Source of the DNA: Nemertoderma westbladi
Lineage: Eukaryota; Animalia; Xenacoelomorpha
NCBI GenBank assembly: GCA_032718475.1
Contig: JAUCBJ010008430.1
Span: 54,947-118,946 of the forward strand
Direction: 5' to 3'
Length of the DNA stretch: 64,000 nt
Positions 50,884-64,000 of this stretch are shown here, in pieces (position 1 is the stretch's first letter; each line of letters starts with the position of its first letter). Both the position numbers and the translations under genes were made by a program. The notes beneath the pieces are model-generated. The model did not search any database, had not been told where the DNA came from, and was given only the letters and a program-made list of their open reading frames with translations.

Positions 50884-51363
50884 AGGCTATTACATACGGA
50901 TTATTTACATGCCGGTAATTGTTTTGTCAATCATAAACATCTCCTTCTACTTGATAATTTATAACTAAATGATTGATTTAATTATTAATTTAATATGTTA
51001 CAAATACTTTTAAATAATCGTTAGAAAAAAATAGAAAGTTAAAGATAAACCTATAGAAACTAATCAGAAGCAAATTAATTATCAAACATACAAATTAAAG
51101 AATATTAGCAAAATGTAAAACTACAGAAATTATAAATAGTATATTCATTACAACTAAGTTATGGCTAAATATTTGTTTGACTAACACTCTATATTAGCGT
51201 AGCACCCTCATATTAATAAATCACAATGCACAATTAATTCTTTCATATTATTATTACTGGTACAATCCATACTGAGTCAGTTTACTGTTAGAAATTAAAA
51301 TATATTGTTACTCTAATAATATTAGCGGCACAATAGAGAGAAGAAGACCTTAAGGGGACATAA

Positions 51364-53578
<2,215 letters not shown>

Positions 53579-56500
53579 CTAAGTTTTCAGTAACCGTCTG
53601 ACCGTAGGCAGGTAGGAGATAATGAGTTCAGTTCATTATGTTAAATATTTCAGTTTACGGTAATGTGCAATTTAGGCCCTACCAAAAGTTTTGAATTGAA
53701 ATGGTTTCAGGCGTCTAGTCCTGGTGTCTGGGTCCTGCAGCGCTGCAGCTTAGGTAGGAACTCCCTGCCAAAAAGGGGCCGAAACACGAACAAGTTTGAA
53801 CAAAAAGTTTCAATTGAAAATTTTTTTTTACCGGTAATTGTTTTCAAAAATTTCTATCAGTAATTTTCAGAGGATTTTAAGAATGGGTACTGCTGTACTG
53901 GTAGCTTTAACGAAAACAGTCAGAAACCTTTTTGGTATTCGCTTAGGCTATACGACAGCGACACAGACAGGTGGAATAGCTAGCGCTAGCCAGCGAACTG
54001 CTTGTAAATCTTAATTTACGTTCTATGGTGCATATTCAATTCATCGTTTTTCACTTCATAGGTAATCGTGTAGATATTTCGCTCAATTCTGCAATTCCAT
54101 CATCTGTGCTGTCCGCTTCACCTGTCGTTCGACTTCTGCATTATCAGATTATATAATCATATCATTTATTTTATTATTTATTCATTTTGCTTTTTTATTC
54201 TCTTCGCAACACCCTCAATTTATTTTCAGTATACTTATATTTTACTGTACGTACGTCATAACGTTACCTTACTTTAACTTTGTGCTTTACTGGTTTTGTT
54301 TATTGTTTGTTTTTACTATGGCAGTATGGCTCTGGCTGAAATAAAATAGGCCTATATGTTTAATGTTTAATAATTTACGGGTGTAGAAAGAAATATCTTA
54401 TAAGGCACCCACTAAGAAAATACAAGTTATCGGAAGTCGTCATAGTACCAAGCTGCCAAGTAAAAGTAATGAACACCAACATAGATACACAACGATATAT
54501 TTACCATGTTCACAAAATTTATACAACAAAAACTACAGTAGTATTGCTACAGTCAGACAGTGTATAGTATTACCTATAGGCCTAATCTAAAATGGATATA
54601 AATGTTTATGTGTACAGTAGATTAAAAACGGCAATAGTAGCATATATCTGTATATACTGTGGAGTGAGCAATGAGTAAAACCAACATAAATACAAATAAA
54701 AAATAATAAAAATTAAAATAATATATTCTAAACATAGGGCCTAGGCCTATTGCGTCAGTACAGCAGTAGTACGGTACCGGTACTGTATATTAATTTATTT
54801 TAAAGCAAATTTAAAGCAAAACGTCAATACTACATGACTACATTGTACATGTAGAGTAAGCAAATAATAAACCCAACCAACATCATACTGGATATTTTCA
54901 ATATAACAAGATTAGGCCTACAACAGTACAAATTAAAAAAGAAATTTAAAAATTAACAAGTTTATTGCGATAGTATAACTGTGTAAAATAGGCTAAAAAT
55001 TATACGAACATAATTGTTACTGTAGATTAAAACATCATTACATTCGATAATAGATAAATAAATAATAATATATAAACATAATAGGCCTAATAAAAACCCA
55101 TTGCCACCTTCTGATAGCAGGATAGGCCTATCGCCTATCTCTGTATCTGTGCTGTTGCTGTAGTGGTAGCTGGTAGTGGTAGGTATGGCCAACGTCAGTA
55201 CGTGCTTGGTGCTTGTGCTAACCTAGCCTCCTACGTACCGGTACACTACACTGGTGCTGGTACACCGAGTACACGTACTGAGACTGACTGACGTACCGAA
55301 CGCCCAAACGGCAGAACGGTACCAGGTAAGCCGGTTCCATAGCGTAGCAGGGTGGCGTAGGCCGTAGGGTACCACCAAAACCAGACAGATGTCAGAAACT
55401 CCCATCTTCAGCATCTACTGAACCACAGTGTTACTGACTTGCTTAGCGGTACGGTACCTAGCAGCCTATCTACTGTAATTATAAAAAATGTTTCACTTTC
55501 GAATTCTTTGACTTCCCTGTCTCAGGCTACCAGACTGCCGGACCAGTAGGCCAATGGCTGAATGGGGCGTAACTTTTCACTGTATCCCGTATATGTGACG
55601 GGATCGTAAGATCCCGACCGAGTTAGATTTGTAGGCGTCACCGTTCTGCTAGGCAGTTGTACTAAGTCGTTTTGGCCCAAGGCCGTCTGGGAAAATAATA
55701 GAGTTTCTGCTTCTCAATAATATTAATTATACTCCGAACGATAATAGCACAATCAGTATGTAATGGGTATCACGATAACACAGATAACAGCAGAAATGCA
55801 CAGATTAATTGGTGATGTTAGTGGCGGTGACAGTCATAAACTATGACCGGTCTGCAACTCTGTAACTAATGAACTGACCGGTAAATCGGTAATGCAGAAT
55901 AATATATGATTGATACACACAGATATTAGTTTCACCTCTTACTGTACTTGGCCCTCTGTACCCACTACAGCACTAGATGCTTTCCTATCTCTAATCACGT
56001 ACTTCCCTCCCCGCTATTGGCTAATATACTAATTGTCAAATTGGCACTCCCTGTGAGTGTTTCTCCCCCGCTGCTAGCCTCTACTAGGATGTGTTCTCCC
56101 TCCGAGGTGGTTTGACCTCTCACCTCTCTCGGTGGCTTTAGGGCTTGTGCGTCGCCCCCCCCCCCCCCCCCCCCAAAGTTGGTTATGAGGCGAGATTATT
56201 ATTGGTAATCTCGTATCCCCAACTATATTGATAAAACGCCACTGGTCCCATTCTAAGGTGGATAGTGTAATGGAATTGAATCCGCTTACAGTATACAACG
56301 CTTAGGATGAGTCAGTGAGTGAGAGCTGGTGTTTGTCAGCCACGGGATGCGCAGTAGTACCTGTTTTCTTGACGCCGCCTGGATAAAATGCAGCAGCTGC
56401 TAGATCGAGATTTATTTTGGTCCCTTTTTCCACAATCCCGGCAGCCTGGCTATTTAACAATTTAACATTAGTCCAGTAGTTACAGTTTACAGAAGCGCGG

Positions 56501-56986
56501 ACTGTGTTGCTTTGCTAGTTTTGCTACTGTACATATATCAGTATATGGCACTAGCAGTAGCCAGTAGACCTTACATAACAGATGATGATAAGGGAACAAA
56601 CATTATGGCCCTACCGAATTCATCGAAAACCATCTTATCAGTCTGTCAGTCTGCCCTTTTTGTGAATTTATGTTTATTAGTTTTAATGAATGAGAAATCT
56701 CAAAGCTAAACAGTAGAACCCGTACACAACATAATTAAATCCATTACTTGAAATGCGAAATTGAAATTAGAAAATAAGACCAAAAGTTGTGATTTTTAGA
56801 GACGTTTAGATACCATCAGTTCTTCAACAGTCTCCGTTTAGAGGGCAGCATGTCTAATCATTAATGTACACCCATTTCTTTGCTTTTAATCCGTTCAATC
56901 TGTAACTTGGCAGATTGGCACTAGACCATTAGCTGTATTAAAATAATCCGTCTGTAGTTCTCTAGTCTCCCACTATATGGCGAAAT

Positions 56987-59431
56987 CAGGGCCGGATTAA
57001 GGTTATCAGGGCTGTGGGCTGAGTAATAAAAAGGGCCGTTTCCGTACGACGGCAGAAAAATAACATGAAAAACTAAAAAGCAGTAATTTGCAAATTTTGA
57101 CCAAAATTTATTACATTCTTACGAATTCCGCCATTGCGACGGTTGTTGTGAAGCAATAATTTTAAGTAGTTTTAAACTAACCTGCTAATCAACTTTCGAG
57201 CTAATTTAGTTAACCTTGTTTATACTCTACATTACATAGCCGAAATTTGACTGGCTCTTTAAATGATGGCTCGATGCCATTTTGTTTGGTTTGGTGAGAA
57301 ACAAATACGATATTATCAGTCTATATTGGCCATTGACAATTTTGACGAATTTAATTTCTATTAAATACTCCTAATAATAAACGATAAAGTGAAGATTAAA
57401 ATAAGTAAAGTAAAGATTTAGGGCTTCCCTCCTTGCGTTTACATCAGCAGTTAAATTAGTGGAACTAGTCACTCCTCCCTAGCGGCTGACAGAGGAAATA
57501 TAAAAGTCTGTCAGTGAGTAGAAATTCGAAACCTCTGATAGACTAATTATACCGCTAGACAAAAGGCTTACCTACAGTTTATAGACTTTATAGCTTGTTG
57601 TACTGTACATTGTAAACGCGAGCGAAGCGAGCAGGAATTCTTTAAAACGTTCATAACTTTGTGATATACAATGGAAGTTAGGCACCGAGCTTGGACCTTT
57701 TAAGGATTATTTTGTAATACTCATCCACTCATCGGTTATTTTCGAATTTAGTGCCCCTTCCAAGCTCGGCTACAATTTTGTAAGTTTTTGAAAGGACCGG
57801 TTCAGTCGCTTGGGCCGTGGGCTGCAGCCCACACAGCCTCCCCCTTAACCCTATTAAACCCCCGGGGGGGGGGGGGGGGGGGGTCAATATGTCCCCTGCC
57901 GTGTTTTTTTTGTTATAACTATGAAACAAACGCAGTTGTGAATCTGAAATTTTATGACTTTTCCTAAAAATATATTGTCTTCCTAATAATCAAAACGGTT
58001 TTCAAAAATATTTGGAAGTTTTCGAGACATAGCCTCACCATTTTTTAACCCTACTTTTGGCACTCTTTTGAGGCGTTTTTGAAAATTATATTTCATGAAA
58101 TATGATTTGTAACATCTCTATTTTTGATTTACACCGGTTTTTTGGTGTTTACAATTAGATGGAATTCATATAAATAAATTTAGAAATTTCAAACTTGTTT
58201 TTTTCGGCGTGTGCCAATTTTGGTGCCAGCACAGCATTTTGAAATATGTCAATCTTGTAAATTGACTGTTTAACCTGTTTTTTGCGCAATAGGGATGAAA
58301 ACGAGATGCACCAGGAGTATCAAACTTCTATTTTTCGGCGCTGTGTGCAAAATTTGGTGCTAGCACGAAATTTTGAAAATCCATTCAATAGTTCAATTGC
58401 TTGTGACAACTTACTGTATTTCTCGCGTTTTAGAGGTTTATGGCGGTTCTGAATTCAGTGGAAAAAAATATAATTATCAAACTTAGAGATCTCAAATTTG
58501 TATTTTTCGGAAATGGGTGCAAAAGTTTGTGCTAGCACCAAATTTTTAAAGCCATCAAATATATAAATAGATTGTGTCAACTTGTTTCCTGCGTTATACG
58601 GGTTTGTGAGGGTTCTGAATTCAATGGAATAAGTAAAAATTGCATAAGAGTTTTCAAACTTGTATTTTTCGCAGCTGGGTGAAAATTGTTGTGCCAGCAC
58701 CAAATTTTTGAAAATAAGCAAATTGATCATTAGATATTATCATCTTGTTTCTTACGTCATACGGGTTTATGAGGGTCCTGAAACCCATGGAATCAATAAA
58801 AACCGCACTGGACATCTCAAACTTGTACTTTTTGGTGATGGGTACGAATTTTGGTGCTAGCACCAAAATTTGCCATATTACGCCGAAAAATACGATTAGC
58901 AATGATCTCGCAAATTAGAAATGTATTCCATTAAAATCAGCGCCCAAGAAAACCTAAATAGGTGAATTTATAGCATCGTATAAGTGAATTAACAATTTTG
59001 TGTTCAAACTGAAAAGTGCTGGTTACTTATTTTTTTCATTTTTGCCAACGTAGAGGACTAAAACAACCATTTACCAAGCAGATTATTTTTAAATATTTTC
59101 CAATGGATTTTTGGATTTTACGCACCAGAAAACCTGTAATGAACGACAATTAGCCGAAAATTGTAACTTTCAAATTTTATGAAAATTGTAATGAAACTTG
59201 TAATTTTGATGCCCGAAAATAACCACCCCAGTACATATTTTCAAAATTTTTTTTTTCGGTCGGGTTCAGACTAGTGAGGTCTACGTACAGACAAAAACAT
59301 TTTACGTTTTCGTTGAAATTTGTAGATTTTAGAGGGGGGGGGGGGGGGGGGGGGGTCAATATGACCCCATCCCGGTATTTGTGCAACATTTTATAGCCCG
59401 GTACTACTGTAATAGTTTTAATCCAGGCCTG
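56987..59431. mobile_element. Non-autonomous hAT element
   Basis: TIRs CAGGGCCGGATTAA / TTAATCCAGGCCTG; perfect 8-bp TSD GGCGAAAT at 56979-56986 and 59432-59439. Confidence 0.9.
57849..59417. mobile_element. piggyBac-type MITE nested in the hAT right end
   Basis: TTAA|CCCTATT...AATAGTT|TTAA; subterminal GGGGTCAATATG.CCCC twice; internal TGGTGCTAGCACCA-type motif repeated about five times. Confidence 0.75.
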
Positions 59432-60099
59432 GGCGAAATGCCTGAAAGTGAAATCCTCCGTTATTTATAATCTTTTCAAACTAAAACATATCAGATATGT
59501 GCTAGAACACATCATGTCTCTTTGTGGGGTCAAGTAAATGGACTGTAGTTCGCAAGTCTGCCGGTAGAGGGCACAGGTCGATATGTACAGTATGAAAGTG
59601 ACAACCTTCCCCATTTCATTGACCTTAAACTGCAAAATCTTGGAATATATGTAATCAGACTACATGTTGCGTCCTTGTGAAGAAGGTCATTGGTCCGCAG
59701 TTCCCCAGTCTGCCGCTAGTGGGCGAAATATCAGAAAAGGAAAGCCTTCCACTGTTTCCCTGATTGTGTATAATTTTTAAGTAAGATAAGATAAGATCGT
59801 TCTTTTATTACTGTAACAATAGGCCTACTTTAGCGTGCTTCGAATAGTGACACCAAAGGCAGTACAAAAGAGAGTACTGATAGTTACGTTAATAAGCGTC
59901 AGTCAAAGGCTGTCCAAGACAACCTGTTAGTACAAATACAACTATAACATACTAAAAGACTACATACACAGTATAATTACATAAAATTAATACTAATTAA
60001 ACACCAGTATCGATGCATATGTTATCAAACTCAGGAAGCCTTACAGCTTCTAACAGCTTTACCATTTAATTTATCTGCAACGCTGCCAGCGGCGTCCGC

Positions 60100-62802
60100 C
60101 AATTCCATATCAATAATCTTGTGGAATGTGGAGGGGGTCGTCTCCACTATGGACCTCACTACTGACTCCACCTTCTCGGATTCTGACATTTTGCTGCTTA
60201 CTGAAACTATGGCAGACGATCACGATACACCGGGGTACTCACGTTACAATGTCCCCTGTGAGCGCCGAAATGGGGGACCAGGGAGACCCTCTGGGGGGCT
60301 GACCATTGCAATTAATACAAGATTCGTATTGTATGATAACAATCCAGTCAGTTACAAGAGTGACACCGCCATTGCTGTATCCCTACGAAATCTCAATATC
60401 ATATTGGGATATTATAGCCCAGGGACTGACGTCACAGATATTCTATTAGAGTTAACCTCGATTGTTACAGTAGTTGCCTTCACACAAAGAATAATTACCC
60501 AACACTTCTGGCCGGGGACTTTAACTGCCGTATAGACGATACTGATAACTTCCGAGGTGAAGCGCTATGCGACGGTTTACTCGGATTAGGTTTACTTTGT
60601 CTGAGTAATCCTGACACTCCTACTTACTTCTCATGGAATGGTTCTAGTGCCATTGACCTTATTTTTGTTACCTGCCCCATACAAAATTATACTACTGTCA
60701 CCACAATCCCGACAACGATCTCTAAACACCACGCATCCTTATTGAGATGACATGTAACCAATGCAAAATTCGAGACGAAAAACCACGAGGTGTACGAAAG
60801 ATTGATTCCAATAAGTTGTCGGAACTGCTCAATGCCAAAGATTTCAGCGATGTTTTGGCATCCGGTGTCGATGCTATATGTGACTTTATCACGGAAGCTA
60901 TCATTAGTTCTGGGAAACCTCAAACCCACCGGAAATCGAAACCATGGTTCGATAGGGAATGTTACTCGCTTCGCCAAGAATTAAATAGATCCTGGATGAT
61001 GCAGAACAACCGTTATGCTAGCGCTACGGATCGAGAATTATACAATAGCTTACAACGTGAATACAAGGTATTGTTAAAGACAAAGAAAAAATTTTATACA
61101 GCAAAATGCGATTTAAAGCTAATTCAACAGTGCGAAGATGATCCAAAGGAATTTTGGAATATTCTAAAGCCACGGAAAGGAATATCTACCACTCAAGTTC
61201 CAGCTGAATCATGGGTTCCACACTTCTCTAATCTATTATCTCGCGACCAACCCCCCCAGATGCCGCTTCTGCCAGATAATCCTGACACGTTCCTGGACGA
61301 AGCCATCACGGTTTCCGAGGTCACCGAGGCAGTGACCAAACAGAAACTCAGAAAGGCTTCCGGTTCAGACGGGATTTCGAATGAATCTCTAAAGTCGGGT
61401 ATTGGTTGCTGCTCCGTTTCTTTTCAGCTTATTTTCATTATACTTTGCCACTGCATCCTGCCCCATTGCGTGGCTAACTTCCTTTATTATCCCTCTCTAC
61501 AAGGGTAAGGGGTCGAAGTCGTCACCGGACTCGTACAGGGGTATTGCCTTACTCTCATGCCTATTGAAAACTTACACTACTGTTCTCTTCAACCGTCTCT
61601 ACATATGGGCCGAAACGAACAAGAAACTCCCCAATGCGCAGTTTGGCTTCCGTAAGGGAAGGTCTACTTTGATGGCGGTCAAGTGTCTCTACACTCGAAT
61701 CAGTTCAGCCTTATCTATTCCTGGGGGTCGAATGTTCTGTGTCTTTGTAGACTTTTCAAAGGCATTTGACTCTGTCAATCGTGAATACCTATGCTCAAAA
61801 CTTTCGTTGCTAGGAGTAAGTCGAACTTACATTAGTGTCATTTGGGCCTTAATAGCAATGAACTATATTCGTATTTGCATCGGGATTGTTCTCACGGATC
61901 CTATTTCTCAAATGGCTGGTGTAATCCAAGGAGACAAACTATCCCCATTGCTTTTTAGCTTGTTTATTGCGAATCTCCCGGCTTTACTATTAACAGGAAT
62001 TGGTGTATTTGTACTTCTATATGCCGATGACCTCGCCATTGTCGGCAATTCGATAGAAGAAGTGCAACTGGCACTGGATAAACTGGCTCAATATTGCGAT
62101 GACAACGACCTCGTAGTCAACCTACAGAAGACTAAGGTCATTAAACTCCGACGAGGCGGGCGTCTAGCAGATAATGACAAGCTTATTTACAAAGGACGAC
62201 CCGTGGAATTTGTGAACAAATTCAACTACCTAGGGGTGGTCTTGTCTACAAAGAACTCACCGTCCGGTCATTTTACTCACCTTTATAACCGGGGCATCGC
62301 TCCAACAATGCGTTTATTGACTTTGGTTGACATGAGCGCGATATCTAGCGCTTCTGCTCACAAACTATGGTCACTCGTAGTTTTTCCCGCTGCAACGTAT
62401 GGTTGCTCAGTGTTTTATGCAAACGATTTATCGCAAGAGCACTTATCTCAACTCCCACACGTATTGAAAGTTCGTGGATTTTTCTACGAGTGGTGTGGAG
62501 TATCAAAATACGCATCAACGACTAACATCCTCGCGGCTGTTGATAATCCCGAGGAATCTAGCATTAACCTTATGTTCCTCGCAGGACAACGACGTAGGGT
62601 TGGATTTCAGTTCATCTTGAACGGATTCCACCATAAGGTCTGCAGTTCCGTCAACTGCTGGCGACCGACCCCTTTATGTGTGTGTCGACTGTGTGGGATG
62701 CTGCACAGTCACCAGCCCACGCCATGGGCTGTGCCCTATTACATAAACTCCATGTTAGCCCCCTCCGTTTGGCCTTCCACTTACAAGCTCTTTAGCGAGT
62801 AA
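60100..62802 (+). mobile_element. LINE ORF2 (APE endonuclease plus RT), frameshifted
   Basis: WNVEG, LLTET, GRPSGG, GDFNCRID, PTYFSWNGSSAIDLIF; YRGIALL, QFGFRKG, FVDFSKAFD, GVIQGDKLSPLLF, LYADDL, YLG; shifts near 60500, 60740 and 61400. Confidence 0.93.
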
Positions 62803-63299
62803 ACTCAATTCTATTACAATTAATAACTTTATTCTTAAACCTTTACAATTTTATTTTACTTCAGTCGTGCTATTTTTTAAGTTAATTCGTTTTACTATTT
62901 ATATTTTTTTTATAATTGGATTCATTATTATTTATTAATTAAGAGATTAAAATTGTATATACAATTAAATATATAGCTGCACCAACCCAACATCCCACCA
63001 CCAATCAGAACAATACAATTAATACAAACCAATTAAACATACAATTAAAAATTTACTATTTATCCGTTGGATAAGAATATGCATAATCATCATAATTACA
63101 TAAATGTAACAATTACTGACAATAGCTACCCGTCTCGCCGCCTCACCCTGTAGTTAACTACAATATCAAAACCAAACAAAACAACATCACAAATAGAGCA
63201 ATTATACATAACAAAGTTATAATACACAACACAACAACAAAAACAAAAACAATAACTGTAGCCTACACAATAACAATGCCGGCCAGGCTGTTACAAGTT

Positions 63300-63860
63300 T
63301 AATTTGCAGTGCAATCATTTGAATTTATAATATTGTAATTGTGTTTAGTAGTTTCCATCTGCGATTAAATAATTATGTTATTTCTTCACGGGCGTAACGA
63401 GTTAGAAAATGATTTCTTACTTTGTTTTCCAAGAGTGATAATTTATTGATTTATTTTGCATGTATTTATTTTTTAGGTATTTATTAGCGCAATTAAATCT
63501 GTTTCGGGCGTTTTTATATTCATCAAATGCAGTAACTGTTTTTGTTCTCTGCCAAATGTGAAGTGCATTATATTTGTTATTCCTTAGTGTTTCCAGCTCT
63601 GTACATTCTCACTCTGACGTAGTTTTGTATTTATTTGAATGCTTTACTAATTTACGCTTTATTGGTGCGTGGTTAATAAGTACTGTATATGTTCAAGTGT
63701 TTGCTCAAAAATTTTAATTTTTTTGTCAATATCAGTAACAAGATATAAATTTCCCCAATTTACACTGTTAATATCTGCCAAAAAGGCCGAATTGTTGTAT
63801 TTATTAAGGTCCCTGAAGTTTATCCATTTATTATCCGATGTAGGATAGTTCTTTCTACAG
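63300..63860 (-). mobile_element. Degraded CR1/L2-group LINE ORF2 fragment
   Basis: INFRDLNKYNNSAFLADINSVNW...DIDKKIKIF resembles the post-APE linker of CR1/L2/Crack ORF2. Confidence 0.55.
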
Positions 63861-64000
63861 AACACAAGCGAACACACAAGAACACACCCGAACACACTCC
63901 AAAAACTGCCGAACACAATCGAACACAGTCGAAAATAGAAAGAGCATAAAAAAATAACACCGGGTACCAACTGTTAGATAGAATTAGCCACGCGTTACTT

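Noticed and set aside
50711-50968. Gly-rich ORF
   Set aside because: Translation of the poly-G run.

Overview
AT-rich invertebrate-type animal genomic DNA, dominated by repeats, with two host genes. The first is the last four exons of ABTB1 (+, 4872-9271). The second is an intronless LIM-kinase gene (-, 51364-53563) with one frameshift, only 1.5 LIM domains and a ~150-aa activation-loop insert. The rest is transposable elements and satellites: a non-autonomous BEL/Pao LTR element with RT and integrase deleted in frame, which carries a triple zinc-knuckle accessory ORF behind a G.U-rich RNA hairpin; a truncated CsRn1-type Gypsy; a 5.8-kb MULE with a 9-bp TSD encoding a spliced 570-aa CARF-like/transposase/USP-His-box protein, inserted in an RTEX-like LINE; a CRE-like LINE; further LINEs; a CCCAG-ended element with a DUF4806-like gene; hAT, piggyBac, Kolobok-like and IS3EU-like MITEs; and several hierarchical satellites. 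Short TA-bounded insertions (TACAGTA, TAGGCCTA, TACCGGTA) that look like transposon excision footprints occur throughout and appear to cluster upstream of genes. All family assignments come from motif recognition by eye; no searches were run.
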